Below are positions 49,901 through 59,832 of a stretch of DNA of 64,000 nucleotides, piece by piece. How positions within the stretch are numbered: position 1 is the stretch's first letter; each line of letters starts with the position of its first letter. This DNA comes from Pseudolysinimonas sp. (lineage in GTDB: Bacteria; Actinomycetota; Actinomycetes; Actinomycetales; Microbacteriaceae), in contig DASYDQ010000032.1 of assembly GCA_036499485.1 (NCBI GenBank), positions 17,576 through 81,575 of the forward strand, in the 5' to 3' direction. The notes under the pieces are model-generated. The model did no database searches. It was not told the origin of the DNA and saw only the letters and a list, made by a program, of their open reading frames with translations. Both the position numbers and the translations under genes were made by a program.

Positions 49901-52177
49901 GTGACGTCTGACGCCGCAGCTGCTCAGCGGCCTGCGCGCGCGCCCAAGAACAACACGCTCAGCATCAAGTCGCTGATCCTGCTGATGCTGCTCGCGGTGA
50001 GCATCGGGTCGAATCTGGTGGTCGGGATCATCGGCTACATCAACGGGACGGACTCGCTCAAGGCGGCCGCGACCGACCGGCTCGTCGAGGTGCGCGATTC
50101 GCGTTCCCGCGAGATGACCTCGCTCTTCGACTCGATTCAGAGCTCCCTGCTGCTGGCCAGCCGCGATTCTGCCGTGGTCGATGCCGAGCAGGCCTTCTCG
50201 TCGGCCTACGACGAACTGGATGCCGCGACAACGGCCTCCGCGCCCGCCGGTTCCGGCACGGTGACCGGGGGGTCGTCCACCTCGGCCGACGCTGTCGCGG
50301 CCAGCACCCCGAACGTGCTCACCGATGCGCAGGAGGCGCAGTTGCAGAGCTACTTCACCGACGACTTCGGCCCGAAGCTGCAGAAGGCGACCGGCAAGAC
50401 CGCCGATGCCTCCAGCTTTCTGCCGAGCGACCCGGCCGCCCGTTACCTGCTCTACCACTACGCGCTCGCGAAGGACCCGTCCGCCCTCGGCGACGCCGGC
50501 GACGGCAGCGCCTGGTCGGCCGCGAGCGCGCAATTCCACGACTACCTGAGCCGGATGGCCTCGCTGCTCAAGTTCGGCGACCTCGCCCTGATCGACCCGA
50601 GTGGCCGCGTCGTCTACACAGCGGACAAGAACGTCGACCTCGGTGCCAGCCTCACCTCCGGCCCCTACAGCTTCACGAGCCTGGCCACCGGCTTCGATCA
50701 GGCGATGTCGCAGAACCGGTTGGACTCGGTCGTGTTCACCGACTTCAAGGCCTACGCTCCCGCGTTGGACGCGCCGACCGCCTGGGTCGTCGCACCTCTC
50801 GCCGGTGCGGGCAAGATCGTCGGGGCGATCGCGGTGCAGCTGCCGGTATCCCGGATCGATGACGTCATGACAGGCGGCCTGAGCTGGCAGAAGAGCGGGC
50901 TGGGCAAGACCGGCGAGTCGTACCTCGTGGGCGACGACGGCTACATGCGCTCGCTGTCGCGCGACCTCGCCGAGAATCCGAAGCTCTTCGTCAAGGAGGC
51001 CATGGCCTCGGGCTTGACGAGGCAGCAGGCCGACGAAGCGGTGGCGCGCAAGGAGAGCCTCGGCATCCAGCCGGTGAAGACGGATGCCGTGAAGCTCGCC
51101 CAGCAGGGCAAGACCGGCACGATCACCACCAACGGCTATCTCGGCGGGAGCACGGTCGCCGCCTATGCCCCACTCGACCTGCCCGACCCGAACCTTCGCT
51201 GGGTGATCGTCGCCGAGATCGACACCGACGAGGCTCTCGCGCCGGTCAATGACTTCACGGCGCGGCTGGCGATCTCGGCCGCCATCATCGTGGCCATCGT
51301 CTCGATCATCTCGGTGATCATCGCCGGCGCCGCCGTGCGCCCGTTGCGGCGGCTGCGCGACGCCGCCCGGCGGATCGCGGCCGGCGAATCCGGGGTGCAG
51401 GTCGAGCCGGGAGGCACGGACGAGCTCGCCGATGTCGAGTCGGCGTTCAACGACATGTCGCGGAGTCTCGAGCTGCGAGCCGCCCTCATCGAGCAGCAGA
51501 AGGACGAGAACGAGCAGCTGCTGCGCACCCTCATGCCCGAGACCCTCGCCAAGCGCTACAAGGAAGGCGCGAAGACGATCGTCGAGGATCACCAGGAGGT
51601 GACCGTGCTCTTCGCCGACATCGTCGGTTTCGAGGAGTACAGCCAGACTCTCGGCTCGTCCGAGAAGGCGCTCGAGACGCTCAACGACATCTTCCGGGCC
51701 TTCGACGACGCCGCAGAGGAGCACGGGGTCGAGCGGGTGCGCACCACCCGGCAGGGCTACCTCGCGAGCTGCGGCCTGGCCGTGCCGCGGGTGGACAACG
51801 CGCGCCGCGCGGTGATGTTCGCCATCGACATGCAGCAGATCGTCGAGCACTTCGGCGCGCAGCAGGGGGCCAAGCTCGCGATCCGGGCCGGCATCGACAC
51901 GGGGACGGTCTCCAGCGGACTCGTGGGCCGCTCGCGGGTCGTCTACGACCTGTGGGGAGACGCGGTGAGCCTCGCGTTCCGGTTGCAGGGCGGAGCGAAC
52001 GAGCCGGGCATCTTCGTGACCCAGCGCGTGGTCGACAAGATCGCTGACCAGCTGCCCTTCACCGACTCGGGCGTGGTGTCGACGCCGGGCGGCAATCAGC
52101 GCGTCTGGCGCATCGATCCGACCGCCGTGGACAGCGACGAGCAGCCCAGCACCTCGCCCGAGGCGGCCCCGCTGTGA
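49901..52177 (+). CDS. Membrane Cache-HAMP class III adenylate/guanylate cyclase-like protein (degenerate active site)
   Basis: TM, Cache-like GKTGESYLVG, TM, HAMP (PLRRL...DELAD), FADIVGF, YDLWGDAV. Confidence 0.88.
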   Translation: MTSDAAAAQRPARAPKNNTLSIKSLILLMLLAVSIGSNLVVGIIGYINGTDSLKAAATDRLVEVRDSRSREMTSLFDSIQSSLLLASRDSAVVDAEQAFSSAYDELDAATTASAPAGSGTVTGGSSTSADAVAASTPNVLTDAQEAQLQSYFTDDFGPKLQKATGKTADASSFLPSDPAARYLLYHYALAKDPSALGDAGDGSAWSAASAQFHDYLSRMASLLKFGDLALIDPSGRVVYTADKNVDLGASLTSGPYSFTSLATGFDQAMSQNRLDSVVFTDFKAYAPALDAPTAWVVAPLAGAGKIVGAIAVQLPVSRIDDVMTGGLSWQKSGLGKTGESYLVGDDGYMRSLSRDLAENPKLFVKEAMASGLTRQQADEAVARKESLGIQPVKTDAVKLAQQGKTGTITTNGYLGGSTVAAYAPLDLPDPNLRWVIVAEIDTDEALAPVNDFTARLAISAAIIVAIVSIISVIIAGAAVRPLRRLRDAARRIAAGESGVQVEPGGTDELADVESAFNDMSRSLELRAALIEQQKDENEQLLRTLMPETLAKRYKEGAKTIVEDHQEVTVLFADIVGFEEYSQTLGSSEKALETLNDIFRAFDDAAEEHGVERVRTTRQGYLASCGLAVPRVDNARRAVMFAIDMQQIVEHFGAQQGAKLAIRAGIDTGTVSSGLVGRSRVVYDLWGDAVSLAFRLQGGANEPGIFVTQRVVDKIADQLPFTDSGVVSTPGGNQRVWRIDPTAVDSDEQPSTSPEAAPL

Positions 52178-52187
52178 TGGTGACGCG

Positions 52188-53624
52188 GTGAACATCCTCG
52201 CCCAGCCCTGGTTCTGGCCGGCCCTGACGGTCATCATCGGCCTGCCGGTCGTGCTTCTGGTGCTCGGCGAGGTGCACACCTCGATGGTGCGGGCCGGCAG
52301 CCCGGGCGCGCGGATCGTGCTCCTCGTGCGCAATGTGCTCGCGCCGCTCGGCGCCGTGCTGATCCTGTTCACCCAGATCCCGCAGAGCGGTGGCAGCGCA
52401 GGCTTCACCTGGGCGAAGGTCGTCGCGACGGCGTTCGGCTTCGTCGTCATCCTGGTGCTGCTCGGCGGATTGAACCTCGCCGTGTTCGTGACGGCCAAGC
52501 AGGGCACCTGGCGCAACCGGATCCCGTCGATCTTCGTCGAGATCGCCCGGGTGCTGCTCATCGTGGTCTGCGTCGCCGTGCTGTTCGCCTGGGTCTGGGG
52601 CGCCGACATCGGGGGATTCTTCACGGCCCTGGGCGTCGGCTCGATCGTCATCGGCCTCGCCCTGCAGAACGCGGTCGGCTCGCTGCTGAGTGGTCTGTTC
52701 CTGGTCTTCGAGCAGCCATTCGAACTTGGCGATTACCTGGTCACGCCGAACGGCAAGGGCCGCGTCGTCGTCATGAACTGGCGTGCGACCCACATCGATT
52801 CGGCGAACGGGATCATCATCATCCCGAACTCGACCCTCGCGGGGGAGTCGTTCACCAACCTGAGCCGCGCGACCGATCCGTGGGAGACCTCGACCGACGT
52901 GCGATTCGCCTCCGACGATCCGCCGCAGGAGGTCATCGATCTGATGGTCGCGGTGGCGTCGGATCTGCCGGAGGTGCATCCGGACAGCCAGCCCTATGCC
53001 ATCCCGATCGGCAAGAACTGGTACGAGATCAATATCGCGCTCACGGCGCCGGGCAAGTCGTACATGACGCTCGGGATGTTCCGCACCCGCCTCTGGTACG
53101 CCGCTCGCCGCAAGGGTCTGCACCTGGATCGCGACCTGACCGACAACTACGCGACGCCGGAGCGGACGAAGCACATGCTCAGCCGCGTTGCTCCCTACCT
53201 GTACCTCACTCCCGAGGATGTCGAGACCTACGTGCACCACGTGAAGCTCGAGCGCTACGGCGACGGCGAGACGGTGCAGCGCGTCGGCGAGATCCCGGAT
53301 GGCCTCCGCGTGATCGTCTCGGGCGTCGCTCAGTTGAGCATCCCCGGCCCGGCGGGCGCTCAGTACCCGGTCGCGCAGCTCAAGAAGGATGACTTGCTGG
53401 GCCTCACCGCCCTCACCCGTCAGGCGGTCGCCGTCACCGCGACGGTCGTCGACGAGCTCGCGGTGCTGCACATCCCGACCGCGATCGTCGACACCCTGGT
53501 CAAGACCCGGCCGGCCCTGGCCAGGGACATCGGCCTGGCGATCGACCACCGTCAGCAGATCGGCGCGAAGATCCTGGCCGACGCCGGCCAGAAGCCGGAG
53601 CCGGACGCACTGGTCATCGCATGA
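52188..53624 (+). CDS. MscS family channel with C-terminal cNMP-binding-like domain
   Basis: GLALQN, QPFELGD, NWRATHI, IPNSTL; C-terminal YGDGETV...VIVSG fold. Confidence 0.88.
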   Translation: MNILAQPWFWPALTVIIGLPVVLLVLGEVHTSMVRAGSPGARIVLLVRNVLAPLGAVLILFTQIPQSGGSAGFTWAKVVATAFGFVVILVLLGGLNLAVFVTAKQGTWRNRIPSIFVEIARVLLIVVCVAVLFAWVWGADIGGFFTALGVGSIVIGLALQNAVGSLLSGLFLVFEQPFELGDYLVTPNGKGRVVVMNWRATHIDSANGIIIIPNSTLAGESFTNLSRATDPWETSTDVRFASDDPPQEVIDLMVAVASDLPEVHPDSQPYAIPIGKNWYEINIALTAPGKSYMTLGMFRTRLWYAARRKGLHLDRDLTDNYATPERTKHMLSRVAPYLYLTPEDVETYVHHVKLERYGDGETVQRVGEIPDGLRVIVSGVAQLSIPGPAGAQYPVAQLKKDDLLGLTALTRQAVAVTATVVDELAVLHIPTAIVDTLVKTRPALARDIGLAIDHRQQIGAKILADAGQKPEPDALVIA

Positions 53625-53632
53625 GCCGCACG

Positions 53633-53673
53633 CAGTTCCGCCCCCGCGGCCGAAGCCGACGGGGGCGGAACTG
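53633..53673. terminator. Bidirectional terminator hairpin
   Basis: CAGTTCCGCCCCCG...CGGGGGCGGAACTG between convergent genes. Confidence 0.8.
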
Positions 53674-53699
53674 TTCAGCGCCTCTGCGAGATGCGTCTC

Positions 53700-54734
53700 T
53701 TAGAAGTTGTACTGATCGATGTTGTCAGCCGTGAAGATCAGCGGCTTGCCCGCGACCACCACGTTGTCGACGACCTTCAGGCTGCCCTTGTCGCCGGCCT
53801 TGAGCGTGCCGTTGCCGCTCTTCGGGTAGGTGCCCTTGATCTTGGCGTCGATCGCGTAGACATCGGTGTAACCCATGTCGGCCGGGTCCCAGAGCACGCA
53901 GTTCTTGATCAGACCGCTCTTGACCATGTCCTTGACATCGCTCGGGATGCACAAGCCAGCGACCGGGACCTTGTGCGGGTCGATGTTGAGCGACTGCTCG
54001 GCCTTGATCGCGCCGGACATTCCGCCGCCGATGACCCAGACGCCGGTGGTGTCGGGGTGGGCCGCCAGGTAGCTGGTGGTCACCGACAGAACCGTTGCGG
54101 GGTCGTCGTTGCCCGGGATGACCTGGTCGATCTTCATGCCGGGGTACTTGGTCGGGATGTACTGCTGCATCTGCTTGACCCAGGTGATCTGGTTGGCAGC
54201 GGTCGACGTGGAGGTGACGAGAAGGAAGGTTCCCTTCTGGTTCACCTGGTCGGCCATCGTGTCGGTGATGGCCTGGGCGACCTGCAGGTTGTCGGCCTGG
54301 TTGATGAAGAACTCACGAGCGTCGGTGTCGGCCTCCGCGTTGTAGGTCGACACGGTGATCCCGGCCTTCATCGCCTGCTTGAGGGCGGGGGCGACGGCGG
54401 AGGGGTCGTTCGGGGCGATCGTGATGGCGGCGGGCTTGGTCTGGATCGCGTTCTCGATCGCCGTGACCTGGCCCGCGGCATCCGCGGTGCTGGGGCCGAC
54501 GAAGTCGATCGTGTAGCCGAGCTCCTTCGCCGCCTTCTCCGCGCCGGTCCTGACCGCGGCGAAGAACGGGTCTCCTGTCGCCTTCGGGATGAGCACGATC
54601 GTCTTCGAGGTCGGCGCGGTGCCGCCTCCGGTGGGGGCCGTGGTGGAGCAGCCGGCGAGGCCGACCGCGGCTGTGACGGCGACGGCGACAGCGAGCGACC
54701 TCGTCCATGAGGTGCGTCGGGCATTTCGGAACAT
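53700..54734 (-). CDS. Sugar/AI-2-type ABC substrate-binding lipoprotein (LsrB/RhaS-like)
   Basis: LAGC lipobox, IPKATGDPFF, NQITW, LWDPADMG. Confidence 0.85.
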   Translation of the reverse strand: MFRNARRTSWTRSLAVAVAVTAAVGLAGCSTTAPTGGGTAPTSKTIVLIPKATGDPFFAAVRTGAEKAAKELGYTIDFVGPSTADAAGQVTAIENAIQTKPAAITIAPNDPSAVAPALKQAMKAGITVSTYNAEADTDAREFFINQADNLQVAQAITDTMADQVNQKGTFLLVTSTSTAANQITWVKQMQQYIPTKYPGMKIDQVIPGNDDPATVLSVTTSYLAAHPDTTGVWVIGGGMSGAIKAEQSLNIDPHKVPVAGLCIPSDVKDMVKSGLIKNCVLWDPADMGYTDVYAIDAKIKGTYPKSGNGTLKAGDKGSLKVVDNVVVAGKPLIFTADNIDQYNF

Positions 54735-54736
54735 GT

Positions 54737-55738
54737 CTAGCCTTTCTCTTTGTGTGGGGCAGGGCCGGAGAATCGCGCGAGCGCGTTCCGGATGGCGGGC
54801 AGTTCATTGACGACGACGAGCCCGATCATGAGGGCGCCGACCGCGATGTACTGCCAACTCGTGTCGATTCCGCCGAGCACGAAGCCGTTCGAGATCAGGC
54901 CGATGGCGACGGTGGCGAGAACCGTGCGGAGCAAGGAGATCTGGCCGCCGCGGATCGAGGCGCCGCCGACGACCACCGCCGCGATCGCAAGCAGCTCCAG
55001 CCCGTTGCCGGCGTCGCCGCGGCTGCTGAACACGCGCGAGGTGTAGATGAGGCTCGAGACGCCGGCGAGCAGGCCACTCAAGGCGTAGACGCCGATCCGC
55101 ACCGCGTCGACGCGCAGCCCGCTCAATCTCGCCGGCTCCTCGTTGGTGCCGATGAGGATCACGCTGCGCCCGGCTACGGTCCGGTGGATGATCAGCGCGA
55201 GCACCGCGGCGACGAGGATCCAGACGATCGTCTGCCCGGGAACCCCGGCGAAATACGACTGACCGAACGCGATGAAGCTGTCGGGGAAGCCGGAGAACCC
55301 CATCCCGTTCGAGATGCCGAGCGCGATCCCGCGGAAGGCCGAGAGCGTGCCGAGGGTCACCAGCAGCGGATGGAGTCGGAGCAGCACGACGAGCGTGCCG
55401 TTGATGATCCCGCAGAGCAGCCCACTCGCGACGGCGAAGACGATCGAGAGGCCGAGCGGAACCCCGTGGCTGTAGCTGAATCCGAGCACCACGCTGCTGA
55501 CCGCGACGATCGCGCCCACCGACAGGTCGATACCGCCTGACGCGATGACCACGGCCATCCCGAGAGCGATGAGGCCCGTCTCCGCGTTGAGGCGCGTGAC
55601 ATTGAGGAGGTTGCTGAAGGAGAAGAAGTACGGCGAGAGGGTCGAGAAGATGAGCAGCTCGACCGCGATCAGCAGGATGAGTCCGACGGCGCGGCCTCCG
55701 CCGGATTGGGCGAAGCGGAAGAAGGATTCACGCGACAC
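54737..55738 (-). CDS. Sugar ABC permease (RbsC/LsrD-like)
   Basis: GGIDLSVG, LVTLGT, IAAVVVGG. Confidence 0.9.
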   Translation of the reverse strand: MSRESFFRFAQSGGGRAVGLILLIAVELLIFSTLSPYFFSFSNLLNVTRLNAETGLIALGMAVVIASGGIDLSVGAIVAVSSVVLGFSYSHGVPLGLSIVFAVASGLLCGIINGTLVVLLRLHPLLVTLGTLSAFRGIALGISNGMGFSGFPDSFIAFGQSYFAGVPGQTIVWILVAAVLALIIHRTVAGRSVILIGTNEEPARLSGLRVDAVRIGVYALSGLLAGVSSLIYTSRVFSSRGDAGNGLELLAIAAVVVGGASIRGGQISLLRTVLATVAIGLISNGFVLGGIDTSWQYIAVGALMIGLVVVNELPAIRNALARFSGPAPHKEKG

Positions 55739-56678
55739 GAGCGACCCCCGATCGAGTGAAGCGGTCGCGCGCCACGGCGAGCAGCAGGCAGATCCCGTAG
55801 ACCAGGGGAGTCCAGGTTCCCGGCACTCCCATGATCACGATGCCCGAGGAGACGACGCCGGTGATGACGGCTCCGAGGATGGGTGCCGCATCCGTTCCCT
55901 TTCCTCCATTGATCGAGGTCCCGCCGATGGCGACCGCCGCGATGACCTGCAGGATGATGTTGTTGTTGATCACAGAGGTCTGCATCCCGCCCAATTGACC
56001 GATGTACACGATGCTGGCCACACCGGCGAGCGCACCCGCCAGGATGAACGTGGTGATCAGGACCCGGCGGATCGGAACGCCCATCGTGCGCGCCGCCCCC
56101 GGGTTGTCGCCGAGGGCGACCAGGTCCCGCCCCCATCGGGTGTTGCGTCGCACGATCCCGACGATCACGAAGAGCACAGCCAAGGTCAGGATCGAGTTCG
56201 GGACGAAGAGGAGGGAACCCGCACCCAAGGCGACCGCGCTGTCAGGGACGCCGACGATGTTGCGGGAGTTGGCGATGAGCAGCGCGACGCCCTGGAAGCC
56301 GTAGAGGGTCCCGAGGGTGACGACGATCGAGGGGACGGGGGTGAACGCGATCAGCAGGCCGTTCACGAGACCCGCGACGGCGCCCACGGCGATGGCCGTG
56401 CCGACCGTCGCGAAGAACGAGCCGGTGCTGAGCGCGACGAAGCCGGCCGCGAATCCCGACAGGGCGAGGACCGATCCGAGGGAGACATCGATCTCGCCGC
56501 CCAGGATCACCAGGTTCTGGCCGATCGCCATGCACGCCGTGACGGCGACGACCGTGAGGATGGCCTGCAGGTTCGACGGATTGGTGAATCCGCGGGCGAA
56601 GATCGCGAAGAACACCACGAGCACGACGAGCACCGCGATCGCCGAGACGTCACGGTGGCGGGCCAGGAACGACCTCAT
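55728..56678 (-). CDS. Sugar ABC permease (RbsC/LsrC-like)
   Basis: GEIDVSLG, VVTLGT, IAAVAIGGTS. Confidence 0.9.
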   Translation of the reverse strand: MRSFLARHRDVSAIAVLVVLVVFFAIFARGFTNPSNLQAILTVVAVTACMAIGQNLVILGGEIDVSLGSVLALSGFAAGFVALSTGSFFATVGTAIAVGAVAGLVNGLLIAFTPVPSIVVTLGTLYGFQGVALLIANSRNIVGVPDSAVALGAGSLLFVPNSILTLAVLFVIVGIVRRNTRWGRDLVALGDNPGAARTMGVPIRRVLITTFILAGALAGVASIVYIGQLGGMQTSVINNNIILQVIAAVAIGGTSINGGKGTDAAPILGAVITGVVSSGIVIMGVPGTWTPLVYGICLLLAVARDRFTRSGVARVA

Positions 56679-58177
56679 CGCGGTTCCCCCTCGGCACCGC
56701 TGAGCGCTGCCTCGCCGATCTTCAGCTCGGTGCGGTCGTCGCCGGTGAGCTCGGCCGCGATGCGGCCGCCCTGCATGACCAGGATCCGGTCGGACAGCAG
56801 CAGGACCTCCTGGATGTCGGAGGAGATCACGATGACCGCCGTTCCGCGGGCGGCGAGCTCGTCGATGACCGCGTAGATCTCCTGGCGCGCGCCCACGTCG
56901 ATCCCGCGGGTGGGTTCGTCGAGGATGACGACCTCGGGCGACGAGGCGAGAGACCGGGCCAGCAGCACCTTCTGCTGGTTTCCGCCCGAGAGCGACCCGA
57001 CCGGTTCATTGAGAGTCCGGCGGAACGTGAAGCGGCGCATCGCCTCGACGGCGAAGCCGCGCTCCTTCGCCTTCGACAGCATGCCGACCCGTCGCAACGA
57101 GGGCAGCGCCAGTACCGAGACGTTCGTGGTGACGTCGAGCGGGAGGAACAGCCCCTGCGATTGGCGCTCCTCCGGTGCGAATCCCAGGCCACGTGCCAGG
57201 GAGCCGCGGACCGTCGGCCGCGGCACCGGCTTGCCGTCGATCTCGACCGACCCCTTCGTGGCCCGCGTGCGGCCGAAGATCGCCTGAGCGAGTTCGCTCC
57301 GCCCCGAGCCGACGATGCCGGCGATCCCGAGGACCTCGCCCCGTTTCACGTCGAGCGAGATGTCCTCGAACCGGGGCGGCTGGCTGAGGCCCGTGACGCG
57401 AAGGGCGACCTCGTCGGTCGACCGGTTCGTGGCGCGGGCGACGAGATCCACCTTGCGGCCGACCATCTGCTCGATGAGGGTGTCGGGGGCGTACTGCGAG
57501 CGAGGGCCAGTGGAGACGAGGCGACCGTCGCGCATCACCGAGATGACATCGGCGATCGCCAGGACCTCGTGCATCCGGTGCGAGACGTAGAGAACCGCGA
57601 CGCCGCTCTTGCTCAGATCGCGCACCACCTCCAGCAGACGCTGCGACTCCCACTCGTCGAGGGCGGCGGTGGGCTCGTCCATCACGAGGAGGCGCACGTC
57701 GGACATCAGGGCACGGGCGATGGCCACGATCTGCCGTGCGCTGTAGGGGAGGTCCTCGACGGGTTCGGCCGGGTTCACGGTGAGGCCGAGCCGGGCGAGT
57801 GCCGCCTCGGCTCGGGTCGTCATCGCGCGGCGGTCGATCCTCCCGAACAGGGCCCGCGGGCGTTTTCGCGCGACGAACAGGTTCTCGGTCACGCTGAGTG
57901 ACGGGTAGAGCTGCAATTCCTGCGGGATGAGGAAGATGCCTTCGCTCTCGGCCTGCAGTGCCGAGTGGAAGACCGCGGCTTCGCCGTCGACTTGGATCTC
58001 GCCGGAGGTGACGGAGTGGACACCCGCCAGCATCTGGGCCGCAGTGCTCTTCCCTGCCCCGTTCTCGCCGATCAGGGCGTGCACCTCCCCGGCCGCGATG
58101 ACGAGGTCGAGGCCGTGGACGGCCACCGTCGTGCCGAACTCCTTGCGCGCGTCGACCAGGGCGAACGATCCCGTCAT
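56675..58177 (-). CDS. Sugar ABC ATP-binding protein (tandem NBD)
   Basis: GENGAGKST, MDEPTA, LSGGNQQK, DEPTRGIDVG. Confidence 0.92.
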   Translation of the reverse strand: MTGSFALVDARKEFGTTVAVHGLDLVIAAGEVHALIGENGAGKSTAAQMLAGVHSVTSGEIQVDGEAAVFHSALQAESEGIFLIPQELQLYPSLSVTENLFVARKRPRALFGRIDRRAMTTRAEAALARLGLTVNPAEPVEDLPYSARQIVAIARALMSDVRLLVMDEPTAALDEWESQRLLEVVRDLSKSGVAVLYVSHRMHEVLAIADVISVMRDGRLVSTGPRSQYAPDTLIEQMVGRKVDLVARATNRSTDEVALRVTGLSQPPRFEDISLDVKRGEVLGIAGIVGSGRSELAQAIFGRTRATKGSVEIDGKPVPRPTVRGSLARGLGFAPEERQSQGLFLPLDVTTNVSVLALPSLRRVGMLSKAKERGFAVEAMRRFTFRRTLNEPVGSLSGGNQQKVLLARSLASSPEVVILDEPTRGIDVGARQEIYAVIDELAARGTAVIVISSDIQEVLLLSDRILVMQGGRIAAELTGDDRTELKIGEAALSGAEGEPR

Positions 58178-58333
58178 GCGATCCCGCAGTTCGTGACGAG
58201 GCGGAATCGTTTAGTCAGGGTGCACGGTTGCGCGCAGCCGAAAACGGGTGAAGTCCGCGCGCACATGCCGTCGGCTGCATCCATGTCGATCTCTTCTCCA
58301 GCCGTTGAGCCACTGCGCTCATTCAGTCCAGCA

Positions 58334-58355
58334 GAACGTTTGCCTCCAAACGTTC
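58334..58355. promoter_or_regulatory. Perfect inverted repeat, putative operator
   Basis: GAACGTTTG-CCTC-CAAACGTTC in the divergent intergenic region. Confidence 0.6.
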
Positions 58356-58449
58356 ACCTACACAGAACATAATGTCCCACGTCCGCACTGGCAAGAGCCG
58401 CCACGCGGCCGACCCCGTAACACGCAGCGCCCGCAACTAGGCTCGCTGC

Positions 58450-59814
58450 ATGGACTACGCCGAGACCGTGCTCGACCTGATCGGGCACACCCCGCTGGTC
58501 AAGCTGAACAAGGTGACCGAGGGTGTCGGCGCGACGGTGCTCGCCAAGATCGAGTACCTCAATCCCGGCGGGTCGAGCAAAGACCGCATCGCGGTGCGCA
58601 TCATCGACGCGGCCGAGCGGGAAGGCAAGCTCAAGCCCGGCGGCACCATCGTGGAGCCCACGAGCGGCAACACCGGGATCGGGCTTGCGCTCGTCGCCCA
58701 GCAGCGCGGCTACCGCTGCGTGTTCGTCTGCCCCGACAAGGTCAGCGAAGACAAGCGGAACACCCTGATCGCCTACGGCGCGGAGGTCGTTGTCTGCCCG
58801 ACCGCGGTCGCGCCCGACAGCCCAGAGAGCTACTACTCGGTGAGCGACCGGCTGTCGCGCGAGATCCCGGGGGCGTTCAAACCCGATCAGTACTCCAATC
58901 CCAACGGGCCGCTCAGCCACTACGAGACAACGGGCCCGGAGATCTGGGAGCAGACCGAGGGGCGCATCACGCACTTCGTCGCCGGCGTCGGCACAGGCGG
59001 CACCATCAGCGGCGTCGGCAAGTACCTGAAGGAGGTCTCGAGCGGACGGGTGCGGGTGATCGGCGCCGATCCCGAGGGGTCGGTCTACTCGGGCGGCACG
59101 GGACGGCCATATCTGGTCGAGGGCGTCGGCGAGGACTTCTGGCCCACCGCCTACGATCCGACGGTCGTGGACGAGATCGTGGCCGCATCCGACGCCGAGT
59201 CGTTCGAACTGACCCGCCGCCTGGCGCGCGAGGAGGGGCTGCTGGTCGGAGGTTCCAGCGGGATGGCAGTGGCATCCGCCCTGAAGGTCGCTCGCACCCT
59301 GGGGCCCGAAGACATCATGGTCGTGCTGCTGCCGGACGGCGGTCGCGGCTACCTCGGCAAGGTCTTCAACGACGGATGGATGCGCAGCTACGGCTTTCTC
59401 CCGGCGGATGAGGGCAAGACCGTCGGTGACATCGTCGGTACCAAGAACGGCGCCCTGCCCGAACTCGTGCACGCGCACCCCAGCGACACGGTGCGCGACG
59501 TGATCGGGATCTTCAAGGAGTACGACGTCTCGCAGGTGCCCGTGCTGACGGCCGAGCCGCCGGTCGTGATGGGCGAAGTGGTCGGTTCGATCGACGAGAA
59601 GAGCCTGGTGGACGCGGTGTTCAGCGGCCGTGCCCAACTCACCGATCCGGTCTCGGGATTGATCGGGCCGCCTTTCGCGTTGATCGGGAAGCACGAGTCG
59701 GTCGAGTCGGCGCGCGAGCACCTGCGCAATGCCGACGCCCTGATGGTCACCGATGACGGCAAGCCCGCCGCGGTGCTGACCCGGCACGACCTGCTCACCT
59801 TCCTCAACAGCTAG
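58450..59814 (+). CDS. cbs: Cystathionine beta-synthase
   Basis: NPGGSSKDR (PLP Lys), TSGNTG, GTGGT; C-terminal CBS domains. Confidence 0.93.
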   Translation: MDYAETVLDLIGHTPLVKLNKVTEGVGATVLAKIEYLNPGGSSKDRIAVRIIDAAEREGKLKPGGTIVEPTSGNTGIGLALVAQQRGYRCVFVCPDKVSEDKRNTLIAYGAEVVVCPTAVAPDSPESYYSVSDRLSREIPGAFKPDQYSNPNGPLSHYETTGPEIWEQTEGRITHFVAGVGTGGTISGVGKYLKEVSSGRVRVIGADPEGSVYSGGTGRPYLVEGVGEDFWPTAYDPTVVDEIVAASDAESFELTRRLAREEGLLVGGSSGMAVASALKVARTLGPEDIMVVLLPDGGRGYLGKVFNDGWMRSYGFLPADEGKTVGDIVGTKNGALPELVHAHPSDTVRDVIGIFKEYDVSQVPVLTAEPPVVMGEVVGSIDEKSLVDAVFSGRAQLTDPVSGLIGPPFALIGKHESVESAREHLRNADALMVTDDGKPAAVLTRHDLLTFLNS

Positions 59815-59832
59815 AAAGACCCGAAAGCCTCA

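Noticed and set aside
49832-52651. 939-aa antisense ORF over the cyclase, and similar long antisense ORFs over pcrA, sucCD and the TAP hydrolase
   Set aside because: Antisense mirror frames of well-supported genes.
53700-58177. Bona fide lsr AI-2 quorum-sensing operon
   Set aside because: No lsrK/R/F/G in the window and the putative ligand residues differ from LsrB.
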